From Tetramitus jugosus (taxonomy: Eukaryota; Protista; Heterolobosea): a stretch of 64,000 bases of DNA. A model generated the notes under the pieces. That model was not told where the DNA came from. It saw only the letters and a list, made by a program, of their open reading frames with translations, and did not search any database. The stretch lies in assembly GCA_937625935.1 (NCBI GenBank), contig OW569385.1:62001-126000 (forward strand), read 5' to 3'. Within the stretch, counting starts at the first letter, position 1. Each line of letters starts with the position of its first letter. This document shows, piece after piece, positions 11,315-23,660 of the stretch. Made by a program: the position numbers and the translations under genes.

Positions 11315-12226
11315 ATGTCAATTCTATGTTCCATGTTTAGTTCTTCATGTCCTCACGATATCAAAATGGCTATAGAAAACAAAACCAACAATAAACAAAT
11401 GTCCTCGAATCCAAGCAATTCCATCCTGTGGGACTCCTTGATCAGTTCAGACCATCGAAAGAGTAATGACATGAAAAAATTGGACAGCAACGGTCAATAC
11501 TTGCCCTTTGAAGGCTTGACAGTCATCATGCCATTAGAAACCGATCTATCATCGATGCACCAAGACTTGGTAAAAGTAGTTCCAGCTCAGGTTCACGCTT
11601 TGCTACCCTTTGAGAGTTATCATGTGACATTGACTGGAATTCGATGTCGATTTCATTTCAAAACATGTGAAAAATACAATGAGTTTTTGAAGGAGAAACA
11701 TGGAGCTCTAGAAGAGTTGAAGAAAGATTTGCTCCTTGTGAATGAGAGAGCCGAACAAGAAGACACAAATTTAAAATTTGTTCTGGAACATGATGTCAGT
11801 GATACTGAGATGAAGCAGATTACGGCTCATTTGAAACCTGCAGACTTAGCAACCTCTCAATATCTTGATACTGTGGCTCACCATTGTCAAAAGCATTTGG
11901 GTCCGAAATTGTTTCGAAGAAGCCGAAGTCACCTAAGTATGGCCTACAAAGTACCAAACAGTGATGAATTAAGTGAGAGTCAACGAATAGCAATTGCCAG
12001 AGTGGTCAACTCTCATCTCAAAGGACGTGAAATATCATTCGGTAAGGCACATGTCTGTAAATTCAACGACATGCGTAGTTTTACACCATATAAAACAGTG
12101 GCTCTAACAAACGATTCAAACGTTCCAGCACATTTCTTTGGTTCGCAAAAGTTAACTCTCTTATTTTCATTTAGTGTGATAACAAAATTGTATCGGAAAA
12201 GTGAAGTTCTTATTGGATGCGTTTAG
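11315..12226 (+). CDS. 2H phosphoesterase family protein (DUF1868-like)
   Basis: Two HxT/S motifs (SYHVTL, SHLSMAY) and N-terminal KLDSNGQYLPFEGLTVI. True start may be a downstream ATG (11366 or 11399). Confidence 0.7.
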   Translation: MSILCSMFSSSCPHDIKMAIENKTNNKQMSSNPSNSILWDSLISSDHRKSNDMKKLDSNGQYLPFEGLTVIMPLETDLSSMHQDLVKVVPAQVHALLPFESYHVTLTGIRCRFHFKTCEKYNEFLKEKHGALEELKKDLLLVNERAEQEDTNLKFVLEHDVSDTEMKQITAHLKPADLATSQYLDTVAHHCQKHLGPKLFRRSRSHLSMAYKVPNSDELSESQRIAIARVVNSHLKGREISFGKAHVCKFNDMRSFTPYKTVALTNDSNVPAHFFGSQKLTLLFSFSVITKLYRKSEVLIGCV

Positions 12227-12277
12227 GGCTCCAACATCATGGTGAGGAAGTGATTAATGGATGGAAGAAAGCATGTG

Positions 12278-13204
12278 TCACTGTGGATGATTGTTTCGCT
12301 GGTTATGAAAAGATAGATTACGATGACCCGTGGATGATGCAGTCGGCGGAGTGTCTGTTAGTTCTTGTACTTCTAAATGGTTGTTCGCAGGAGTGAGGTA
12401 AATATGAGAAGTGGAAAGAGGTATTTGTTGAGCTTGTTGTGGCACCAGATTAGAGCCATTATGGTAGCTCAATGCAGGTTGCATCATGATACTACTGGGC
12501 ATGGAGTTCATTTGGGGGTAGTACATGACGTTCGCTGCAGACTGATGCGTGCTGTTCATGAGGCTGTGCGGTGAATTCAGTGGCCGCAACTGATTTTGTA
12601 TTTCGGGGACCAAATTGGAAAGTCGTTGTGGTGCGGGTTGGCTGGGCGGTGTATTTTGCAGCACCTGCGGTGGAAATGAAGAGCTGCCACGCTGTTGTAT
12701 GAGAATGTTCATAATCATCCGATTCCAACCAATCAATTGCTGAATCCTCCGATTCTCCTGTACCACGTGTTGAATGCTTTGTTGAAGCGATTCATTCCGT
12801 TGATAATGAATGAGCTCATTGTCATTGCACTCCAAGTTCAATCGTATGATAGATGGATCCTGCAGTTTCTCACTATTATTATTATCCTGATTCTCACCAC
12901 CACCACCATTGCCTCTATTATCATTGTCACTACTACTACTGCTGCTACTACGACCACTATCACCTATTTCAACAGTATGGACCATATGGTGATGATTACT
13001 GAGCAAGAAAGCTGAGGAAACAAACTGAGGTAGTGAAGAATGAGAGAAAGCTAGCTCTAGTCGTGGATCTTGTTGGGATTGTTGTTGGATCGAGATGGGA
13101 AAGCTTTGACTATAGTCAATGTGAGGAGAAGACGATATGGAATGGTTGGTTATGACAGTGGCGCAATAAGAGTGATGCAGCATACGATAGCACTCAAACA
13201 ACAA
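12278..13204 (-). CDS. Low-complexity Q/N/S/P-rich hypothetical protein
   Basis: 308-aa ORF with no recognised domain; start uncertain. Confidence 0.5.
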   Translation of the reverse strand: MLFECYRMLHHSYCATVITNHSISSSPHIDYSQSFPISIQQQSQQDPRLELAFSHSSLPQFVSSAFLLSNHHHMVHTVEIGDSGRSSSSSSSDNDNRGNGGGGENQDNNNSEKLQDPSIIRLNLECNDNELIHYQRNESLQQSIQHVVQENRRIQQLIGWNRMIMNILIQQRGSSSFPPQVLQNTPPSQPAPQRLSNLVPEIQNQLRPLNSPHSLMNSTHQSAANVMYYPQMNSMPSSIMMQPALSYHNGSNLVPQQAQQIPLSTSHIYLTPANNHLEVQELTDTPPTASSTGHRNLSFHNQRNNHPQ

Positions 13205-13466
13205 GTTAGTTCTCTCTAATTGTTGCGTTGTTGAGGTTCACACACCTTCAAACGAGCGAAAACAGCTGCCTCAATGTCCACTGGTTTCATTTTTTGCCAG
13301 TTCACTCCTCGGTCCCAATAAGGATGGAGAGATGTCCCAAGTAGGAATCTGTCCAGTTTAGTATTTTCTTGTGAGCTTCCCGTTGAGTCGGGCTAATGAT
13401 TTTTATGGCGCGCAGAAACAATTTACAAGCTCAGTTTTGTGTTGTTGATTTTTTGTTTGAGATCAA

Positions 13467-16210
13467 ATGTCTTTATTTAAGGTGAGAGACTGGTGGAGCA
13501 CAAAATGCGGTACAGAAGAAGAGTTCGATAAGGGATGTCTTTGCGTAGGCAATATTGACAATCAATCCACGAACCAGAAAGGTAGGTCCATTCACTTTGT
13601 CTTTGTCATTAACAGCTTCTTCTAATCAGTTTCTTCTTGCATGTTTATGTGTAATTTCTAATAATGAAGATTATTCTGACAAGGTCTTGACTGGATCCTT
13701 CTCTGGAATTCTGAGAATATACAAACCTCAGAGAAACAAGTTTCAAGTATCTGACTTGCTATTGGAGCAGCAGTTAGAAGGACCCATCATTCAAATGGCA
13801 ATTGGAAGATTCATGGTGTATGTATCACAGTATGAACACATTACTTTTTATTTCTAGCTCGGTTACTCATTCTTCTTCTCTGTTCAATGAGAACAGGAGC
13901 TCTCAGTCCAATGCTCTGGCCGTATTGATGCCCAGAAAGTTGGTGGTGTTTTCGGTCACCAGCTCGACGAGGGATCTCCCGCAAGATTCTGAGACTTCAA
14001 ACGAAGATCAAAGTGGTCTTTCTCAATGTGACTTGACTAGATTGTATGAGCATGATTTGTCTCGTTTGTCCTATAACTTTACCTATGGACCATTTGGTGG
14101 AACATATGGAAAGGATTTCTTCTGTGTTCAGTCATTTGATGGCCAACTAGCTTTTTATGAGCAGGATCACTTTGTTTTTGCTCGATTCATGTCCGATACT
14201 CTGCTCCCTGGACCTCTACTGTACAACAAGAACACGGACTCTTTTATCACCTACAACTCCAACATGGAACTAGAGTCATACAAGTACCAAGTATTGGCCA
14301 CTTCATCGGGGTCAAATGAAAAGGACTCGAGTTCAAGTGGAAAGAAAGTTCAAGTAGATTGGAGTTTGAATTTAGGAGAGGAAATTCTTGATATCCAGGT
14401 GGCTCGATATGGACAAAACCTATCGACCTCTCAAAATGAAATAATTGTCCTGGGAACACGTACATTGTATAGTATTAAGGAAAATGGTAAGTTGGCAGCT
14501 CAGAAAAGATTAGATTTCTTCCCGAGTACCCTCTTTGTTTACAATCAATCCTTGGACCGAGCTGCTGCAAAGCAAAATCTAATGATTGCGACTCATAATC
14601 GAACCCTCATGATCTATCGGGATCCTAAGTTGATATGGGCTGCTGGAACAAGCATTGTCCCAGTGTCGTTGCAACTCGGTACATTTGTAGGAATTAAATC
14701 TATGATTGTTATGTTGGATGATCAAGGAACTCTTTCCGTCAACTACTTGGGTACAGATGCTGTAAGTAATCCTGTCCCTACCATGGAAAGTAAGGAGATT
14801 GATTATGGTGAACTAGAAGATGAACATCGGAAACTGCAATCATTAATTCGCCAAACCCAAAATGCAGGCAAGTTCGAACCCACCGACAAGTTGTTAATAA
14901 GAGCTCAAGTTCCGAACTCTATCGACCAGGAAGTGTACTCCTCTGGTGTCGAACAGAAGAAAAAAGTAACTGTTAAACTCTACCTAGGCTACACTGGAGA
15001 CAATGTTTCGTTAAGTAACATTTGCCTGAATGTGTCTGTCCAACCTCCATTCTCGGTTGCCCAAAGTACGATACAAATCGAATCTCTTCAAGGTGGATCG
15101 CATAGAACTCCAGTGATCATTCCAATCACAATTTATGGAGGATCTCAGATCATACCAACGACATTAACAGCAGAAGTGTTGGCTGTATTTAATGCACCAA
15201 CAGGAGAGCTTCGAACTACTTCTTGTGAATTTCTTCTACCTATGTCTCTGGCTGGTGATGTGATATCACCCAAGAAAACTGGTACCACCAAGATAACAAT
15301 AGACACCAACAGGATGCCTCCACCAATGTCAGCTCTCTTTGAAGACGTTCTCCATAATGTTGATGCAGAAAAAGTTTTGGCAGGTGGTAGTGTACTAACA
15401 TTCAAGTACTCCAATGGCCAAGATGCTACAATACTCGTGTCTAAAACATCAGGTCGATATCGCATACAATCCAACGATCTTGAAACTCTTTGGATCTTAA
15501 CCTCAGAGTTGATACGAAGAGTTGATACTTATTTCTTGAGCATTGGCCAGGAAGATGATTCCCCAGAGCTTTACTCAATGACATTTACAGAGAACTTGCC
15601 CTTTCAGCAATACTTTCAAAAGATTGACGATCATTTTGAACAAAGGGTGTCTCTCAAGAGTGTAAGTGAAAAACTACGGAATTATACTCACCAATTAAGA
15701 GCAATTCAAAAGAGACTTCTCGTTCGGTTCAAGGATAGAAATCCCACTCCTATCAATAATTTGGATATTCTGTTCGACCAAACGTATGAAACTACAATCA
15801 AATTATCCAAAGAAGTGGAAAGATGTCAAGAGAGCTTAGAAGTATCGAGGAGAAACCTCAGTTGCTGCACCAGCCTCATCTTGGCACTTCTAAAGCTCAA
15901 ATTACAATTACCTGACCAAGAGATAGCCATCCTCACTCAATATCTCTCCCCGAATATTGTTGATACCGACGACCATGGCTGGGAGGAGGTGACAGAAGCT
16001 GGAATGACTTATCTACTTCGAACCGTGTTGTCAAAGAGTACCAAAGACAATAATACAATGCCCTCGCCACTTGAAATGCCGCGAGATACTTCAAAGCTCA
16101 AGAAACATATTGCCCTTGTTTATGATAGAATTAGCAAGGGAATGTCACTCACACAGGCAAAGGACAAGAAAAAGAAGAAGAAAAAGGTGCAAAACGAGCA
16201 AGATACATAG
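13467..16210 (+). CDS. BBS9: Bardet-Biedl syndrome 9 (PTHB1) BBSome subunit, 3 exons
   Basis: Starts MSLFKVRDWWS; also GPFGG...CVQSFDG.L.FYEQ, QLRAIQKRLLVRFKDRNP and GWEE. Introns about 13582-13669 and 13818-13896. Confidence 0.93.
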
Positions 16211-16259
16211 AATAAATAGAGTGTATTGTGATCTTTGTGTACATGAGAATATCTTGTGC

Positions 16260-19200
16260 TTAAGCTCCTTCGTAAGCTTGTCTGTAAATGGAACGCAACA
16301 TGGAATATGGTGTCAATTCTTCGAATACAGACGTATGCATGAATGGTGCCTCTTGAACCAACTTGTCAGCAAAGATGTAGGAAGAGTCAACAATCTTGTC
16401 CGATCCCTTCTGACTTCTCAAATTGAGTAGCAACATTGCTGAGCACTCTGCAAATTTTTCATACATTTGTTCAATGACTCTGAGTTCACTTGACTTGACT
16501 GTGAAGATGGAAACAAGCAATTGATTGAAGCAATCAATAGCCAAATGAGCATTGTTGTTCCAACCCTCCAGATCAGGATTGTAATCATTCTCCTTCCACA
16601 GAGGTGAGCAAGTGAGCAAAACAGCGAATGCAACAGGAAGCATCTCCCATGCAGCCGAGTTCTCAGCCATTCTTGACAAACGAATCTTGAGGGCAGAATC
16701 GGCATTGTATGCAGGAATACCACAATCAGTTGACATCTCATCAATAGACAAGAATTTCTTGTCCATAAACACATTCTCTTCATATTGCTTGTGTGCTGCG
16801 TGAACTACCTTGTAAATAATTGGAATGTTCTGTCTAACGACATCTTCCAATGCCTCATGCAAGTTCTGTCTAAATGCCAAGATGGCACCAATCGAAATAC
16901 ACAGATCCATCAACTTTTCAATACCCTTGAACTTCTTTTCTAGTCCCTTGAGAATATTGTCAGAGTAGAGTGTACTCTCCACTTCCTTCAAATCCTTGAC
17001 GTGCACAGACAACACACCTTGCAACTGTTCAGTCAAATTGTACAATTCATCCAACAAATGCTGATCTAGGACTCTGACACCAAATGGACCAATCAATGTG
17101 GCCAATGCGGTCAACTCTGGCAATCCTACATACTCTTCAGTATTGAAAGAAATGATTGGTGTGGCAGCAGTGGTTGCAAATGTCTTCTTGACACGAGAGT
17201 AGATGAGCTTGTACTTTGAATTGGAGTTTGCGATCAAGTCAGTGTACCATCTGGCATAGGTGATAATGGCATTGTCAGCCACCATCCTTTGCCTGTCCAC
17301 CTCATAAGGTGAATCAATGTACTTCAAGTTGACAAAATGCTTGAGGAAGGCATTCATGACCAAGTCTTCAGTCTTGACTCTCACACACTGTTCAACAAGC
17401 TTGAGAGTCACCATGAAACTGGTCAATTCATTGAGGATGGAGGTTGGTGTTGGGAACTCAATCTGCTTTGCCTTTTCCTTGTTGTTTGGAATTTGAGGAA
17501 CCTTGAGTGCGACACTGGCCACAAACGAGTCAATGTAGCTCTCGAGTCTATTTCTCAAGAACTCTGTTGGATAGTACACGGTGTCAAAGATGACAATCTC
17601 ATCATAACGACCCAGGGTGAACAACAGTTGAGTAAAGTTCTTCTCCAGTGTTCTCATGCTCTTGATTGTCTCCTTCTCGTGGTGATAACTCTCAAAACCT
17701 GGTCTTCGTTCGAGTTCCTTTGCCTTCTCCTTGTTCTCATACTGACCCTTGGTACTGAGCAGCTTGAACAGTTCAGCCTTTTCGGAACCGTTGATCTGCT
17801 TGGACAGCAGAGCATGTCCCTTGTCGCCCCGCAGTTCATCCAACTTTTTCTCAATGGTCTGCGAAAGGAATTCGAGCATCTCATTGGCCAACTCAACAGA
17901 TTGAACACCGACTTGCTTTCTCAACTCTGGATTCAATGTCTTGTGAATGTTATCTGGATAGTAGTCCAAGATACGGATGAACGAAATGGAGAACAATGGT
18001 TGTCTCATCTCACCCTCCAGACCAGACTTGAACATTTCGGACACTTGCTTATGATAATAGTACAGCTCCTTGAGCGATGCTTGCTCTGCCAATTGAATCT
18101 CCACTTCGTCCACGTGACGCGAGAACAGATAGACCTTGGACATGGTGACAAACATTTCACGAACCGTTGGATCGGACATGGCTTGCTTGAATTGGAATCC
18201 GGAGAGGAACGCTTCCAATCTCTTCCAATTCAATCTCATGCTCTGATAGTTGTTGGTAGATGGGTTCTTGAGATCATTGAGCACGCTTTCCATGACGTTT
18301 GGTACTTGACCTTCGAACCACTTCTTGTTGACCTCGTACAGCTCACTGACCTTCTTATGATACAAGTTGCTCAAAATGTTCCTATGATAGATTTGGATGA
18401 CATTCTTGTGCAATAGGCACACGCTCATCAACTCATCCACTAGATAAATCATTTCACCAATGTTTGGATCACGCAGATCCTTGAATTTCTTGGTGGAGAA
18501 CTTTGGTTGAACGCCCAAGTGTCTAAAATACCACATAATCTCCATCTTACTCAATGAGAGAGTAGCGAGAACGAGTTGGAACTTTGGTCCGAGCAATCCA
18601 GGTGAATCCTTCATCATATTCAACAAGGATCTCAACTGCAACAGTAGATACAAGCGTTTTTGCATGTGAACGTCCTGCGAGTTTTGTGCAGACAATTGCA
18701 TTGCATTGTCCAAGCTCTTTTTTTCCTTTTTCAAGTTCATGAATCCAGTCTTGTACTTTTTGGTCAACTCATCATACGGCTCATGAATATAAAAGTATTC
18801 ATCACCATAAATACGCATCAAATACGTGTTTTCCAACACTTTCATCAACAATAGCTCATATGTACGAATCTCCTTGTGTTCACTCTTTTTAAACTTGTTC
18901 AGGAGACCACTGCCCACTCCACCACCACTACTGTTGCTGCTATTGACACTGGCAATGTTGTTTGTGCCACCAGGTGTCATTCCCAGTGCATCCGGACAAC
19001 AAATGAACGTATAAACAATCCATTCACTCATTTGTTCGTGCAATGCAAGGTAAATGTAGGTACTGTCGACCGATGGATATGGAATCTTGTCCGGTTCACT
19101 CAACAACTCCAATGGTCTCTTGTTGGTCAAGTAATGTGTCATTCCTCGATCAAATGCTGGTATGAGGGACAACAAGGCCTTACCTGCATGCGTCTGAATC

Positions 19201-19963
19201 GACACAAATCGTTCTCTAAACGTATCAAACGGTTTACTGTCAAATTCTTTGAACAATTGATGAACGCGGAGAATATTTGGCTCAGCAATACTATTGACAC
19301 GAGTGTACACCAAATTGAACAGTGAGAGCAACAAGAATTTTGTGTCGACACGGTTCATCAACAACACCATTTTCACATAATTGGTCAACACTGTAAAATA
19401 GTCAATAATGGTCAATAGAGTCACTTCATGATCCAAGTCCATTCCACTGCTACTGGCACTGGAGATTTCTTCGAGTGCGGATTGTGCGTGTTGGATCCAA
19501 TCGTTCATTGCTCTAAATGTGTTGTAAATGGGTGTGACTTCCTCTAGGATACTACTGAGATTGTTCTTGATTTGATCATATCCTGGTAACTATCATCGCA
19601 TCATTATTTTTTTTTTTTGTATTATGAGTTTTATTATTGTTGTTGTTGATGTTGATGTTGTTGATAACATGCAAAAATTTTTTATGTGTGAGAAGAGAGA
19701 AAAAAATGTAAAAGCTTTTTGGCGCCAAAAAAAATTTTGATGCCGTGGCGATATATTAAAAAATGACATACTCTTTCGACTTCATCAGTAAATTTGGGAC
19801 AACTTCTTTCGAGGGATTGAAAAATTTGTTTCATGTTGGTTGCGTTCAATATTTGAGGTCTCTTCTTTGGGTCATCAATCGATTTTTTAATGTGATACAA
19901 CCGTTCGAGCAAGCCCTCTGAGTGCTCTCTCAGAATTTGTAGCTTTTCTGCAAATTTTGCCAT
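16260..19963 (-). CDS. NCKAP1: NCK-associated protein 1 / Hem (WAVE/SCAR complex), 2 exons
   Basis: Starts MAKFAEKLQILREHSEGLLERLYHIK; also PGLLGPK, E.MWYFRH, ELTALATLIGPFG and PYSMLRS. Intron 19590-19771 keeps the frame. Confidence 0.93.
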
Positions 19964-20349
19964 GTTTCAACAGGAAGAAGAAGAAGCTTTTTCTCAAGGG
20001 GGTTTGTTGTTTGTTGTTTGGTGGTGTTTGTATGTACAAAAATCTGATTTTGTTGTTTTTTGTTTGACAAGCATTGAGTGAGTTCCACAAGGCTTTTTTT
20101 TTCACCGACTCATGGTCGTTGAGTTTGACGATGATAGGTGATGTGCGAAATGTTGTGGGCCACCATGACAGATGAAACTGTAAACTTGGTGTGAACGGAA
20201 AGCTTTATCTTTGGGGTGAACCGAATGGTGTGAATGCACTGTGGATGGAAGATAAGCTACATGGATGAGATGTCTCACCAAGATACTGCATGCAGCCAAA
20301 AGGATGACAACAAAAATGAAACAACAAAAACAACAGATGAGAGAAATAT

Positions 20350-20937
20350 TTACTCCTTCTTCAAAATATTTTCAATCTTGGACTTGGTCACAGTCTCTGG
20401 TGCAAGCTTTAGTGGAACACCCTCAATCAATGAGTCAAAAAACTCGTCCATGAGGAATTGGCACTATCAATGATAAGGAAAAAAACGAAAAAAAATATCA
20501 GTGTTAGCTCTGAGCGCAACTTGCCATTTAACACTGTGGGAAAAACTTTCAGAAAGAGACACAAAAAAAAACCATCAATGACATACGTCTCGCTTATTCT
20601 TCTCCAACATCTTGCTGCACACTTCTTCAGTGATCGCTTCCTTGTTCTTCTTGATTAGAACCTTGTCATTGTTGTACTTTTTCACAGCAATCTTCACTTG
20701 CTCTTCAATTGGTTCAATCACTATGTGTGTGAAACAACAAAAAAAATTCATGTCGTGTTGTGTGAGCAAAAAAGCTTTAGCTATGATGATGTGAGAGTGT
20801 TTCGATGCAAACATACGGGTCAAATCGGTTTTGTCAACGACAATAGGTGTCGACGTTTCAGCCCTTTGGGACAACTTGGCACCAGCGGCAAGAGCAGCAA
20901 TACTAACAACAGTAGCACCAATTCTTCTGGCCAACAT
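20350..20937 (-). CDS. Small three-exon protein, degenerate saposin-B-like
   Basis: Exons 20937-20817, 20720-20587 and 20463-20350 joined through GTATGT..AG introns give ...EEVCSKMLEKNKRDCQFLMDEFFDSLIEGVPLKLAPETV... Confidence 0.65.
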
Positions 20938-21796
20938 TTTTCTTTTTTTTCGTGATTTTTTTTGTGTGGTCCAGGAGGAGACAAATTTCGGCTATTCACT
21001 AATTTACCGCGCGTCTTACAATTTGATTGCCGCTGAGGTTGTATATCCGCTTTTGTTTCGAACTTGTTGGTGGTAAGTGAACACCTACCTGACCTATGTC
21101 ATACGGGCCACAGTGAATGGAATGTAAAATTTGTTGCTTCTGGTTGGAATAGTTCATGTTCGAGTCGTTGCATTTTGTCATCCCATCAAGCGCTGTTTTA
21201 GTCGGGAGTTTATTTTGAGTTTGCTGTTGCTAAAGTGGGCGTGATGGTTGTATTCTGGTCTTCCATTCCAATTCTTTAAAATACGAAGAAAGGTCAGACG
21301 TTTCAGAAACAAATTGATTCTGCTCCATACGAAAGCAACAAATTGTTCTTGCGTGTTAGACCTCCACTGGACCTTTTCAAAACATTCCTGTTCTTGCTAT
21401 CAATCACTTCACAACACCTCAACTGTCCAGATTCAAATCGATCCTACATACCTCGGTTGCAACATCCGCACAGTTCCTATCCTTCACTCGCAGTCATCAG
21501 TCAATCGCGCCATCACCGCAAAGGACTCACATTCTAAACTTGGCTGAACTTTGACCTCTTCACGGTCATTACGATAATCCCCGACTACGCCTTTGCACAA
21601 GCGAACAAGAAAGCTTTTTCGCCTGAACCCTCAGCTTCGTTTGGAAACATCAAAGCACGGAAAGAGAACACTACCCCCAGCAACAACAACACCAACCGCC
21701 AACCATAGAGAGAGAAGCACAACACCACCCCACCACTATCACTCTCAAAAAAATTATTAGAGCTACTCTCACTCGCACCAACTCAACAACTGTAAC

Positions 21797-22822
21797 ATGA
21801 CAACCACCACCACTACTCCCAGCATAACTTCAAATAACAATCATAATAATACGAACCAACCATCAATCGTGAACAAGAAGATGATTGAAGAAGCTTCAGC
21901 TTGTGGTAGTCATCAGACTCCAGATTCCACCACCACCACTCTCCACAACATGATGGACCATCATCCAATATCAACTTCAGCGACAATAACAACAACAACA
22001 ACAATTTCCACTCAAAAATCATCCAATAGCAAGCATGCGAGTACGAAGAAGCGAGAGGACATTGAAGAACTCAAAAAAAAATTTCCAGCACTGTTTGAGT
22101 CATACACCACTAGTGATCACCATAGCAAGAAGATGAAGAATGGTAGTGGTGGTGATGTGAACACGAATGATGATGATGACTATTATGATGATGAAGAAGA
22201 AGAAGAAGACGTTTGTCCCATTTGTCTAGATCCATTTGCAAATGACAATCCTGCTACCATTTGTTCATGCACTCACCAGTTTCATTTTCAGTGCGTGGAA
22301 GAGTGGTTACAACGCAGTTCCGAATGCCCTGTTTGTTATTCTAAACTACAGTATGATTTGATGAGTTCAGAAGAGGATGTTGCCTATGCGAGACAACAAT
22401 TGGGTTATCAGTCCACATTGGATCAAATCAATAGACATCAACAACAGCAGCAGCAGCAGCAGAGACACACGTTGGCTGCAACTACTGCTTCATCATCGTC
22501 ATCGGTGCTCAGTCAAGAAATCTTGGGTTTGTTATTGTTGAGGGAGCATAATAGAGCGCGATTGAGTGAACAGTCATCATCATCGTCCTCCGGAAGAGTT
22601 TCTTCACTACCACAGTCGACATCATCCACTGCAACATCTAGCAGCAGCAGTAGAAGTGGTAATGGTAGTCGTCACAGGACTATGACGCAAACTGCACCAC
22701 CACCACAACAACAAGCACAGCGTTCCTCCCGAAGTTTTATCGGCAAGATTTTTGACAAGTTTTTTGCTTCTTCTTCAAGTGCAAGTGGCAATGCCAGCAG
22801 TCATAGCACTAGTTTCCTATAA
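21797..22822 (+). CDS. RING-H2 E3 ubiquitin ligase
   Basis: CPIC...CTHQFHFQC..EW...CPVC motif. Confidence 0.88.
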   Translation: MTTTTTTPSITSNNNHNNTNQPSIVNKKMIEEASACGSHQTPDSTTTTLHNMMDHHPISTSATITTTTTISTQKSSNSKHASTKKREDIEELKKKFPALFESYTTSDHHSKKMKNGSGGDVNTNDDDDYYDDEEEEEDVCPICLDPFANDNPATICSCTHQFHFQCVEEWLQRSSECPVCYSKLQYDLMSSEEDVAYARQQLGYQSTLDQINRHQQQQQQQQRHTLAATTASSSSSVLSQEILGLLLLREHNRARLSEQSSSSSSGRVSSLPQSTSSTATSSSSSRSGNGSRHRTMTQTAPPPQQQAQRSSRSFIGKIFDKFFASSSSASGNASSHSTSFL

Positions 22823-23198
22823 TATACAGCCTGGAATAGATGTGCTCAAATGTTTCGATTGATTGCAATAACTTGACAAGAATGACAGTGACAACACACA
22901 CACATACAATATCATGTGTGAGAGGTGCAACTCAGTGCAGTTCACTTTTTTGTTTGGCAATGACATCTTGTTTGCTTTGTGTGCACACTTACACTTTGGA
23001 GAGTACCCGTATGATTGGATCCAAGGTACAACAACACTTTGTCAAGATTTTTTTAGGTTGACATGTCGTGGATCATTTGTTTTGATCAAATAAATACATG
23101 TTCATTATTAGTATTCAATTGAGCTTTACGAAGCTCTCCTGTTATCAATCGTTTTTCATGCATTTGCTCTGATCTCCTGTCCTGTAACTTGAGCTCCA

Positions 23199-23298
23199 AT
23201 TTCGCCCGCCAGAACACTTGACAGGTCAGACCGCCAAAACTTCGAAATTTAGAGTCGTTTTTTACCTTTTTGCCAGCCCGCGTTTTTCTTTGGCGCCT
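23199..23298. promoter_or_regulatory. Cluster of E2F-like sites upstream of the E2F7/8-like gene
   Basis: TTTCGCCCGCCA (about 23200), CCGCCAAAA (23231) and TTTGGCGC (23289-23296) resemble the E2F consensus TTTSSCGC. Confidence 0.5.
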
Positions 23299-23660
23299 TG
23301 GGAACGAGTCAAGCCCATTTGATTAATTTCAATAAGAAGAATTATTATTCATCACAAAGCAACAGTGAGTACTCATTGCTAGCACGCACACGCACACTCA
23401 CTCAAACACTACACGGCTCACCCAATCATTTCCAATTATTTAAACAAGAGTAAGTAACCTCCCCTCCTGCTATTCATTCAAAAAGCTCTCAAAGTCTTTC
23501 TCATGTTCCAGTCGTCAGGAGACACAATGGCCTTTTTGTTGCTTTTTGGGTTGAATTCAACCAGTGCTTTACTTATCCCTGCTTTTGTCTCTTGTATTTC
23601 ATTCAGAGTGTTTCATGCGCCATTGGATTGAGCAAGCTTCACACAAACAGAACGAACATT

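Noticed and set aside
17337-18416. 359-aa plus-strand ORF
   Set aside because: Antisense shadow of NCKAP1, no ATG start and no motifs.
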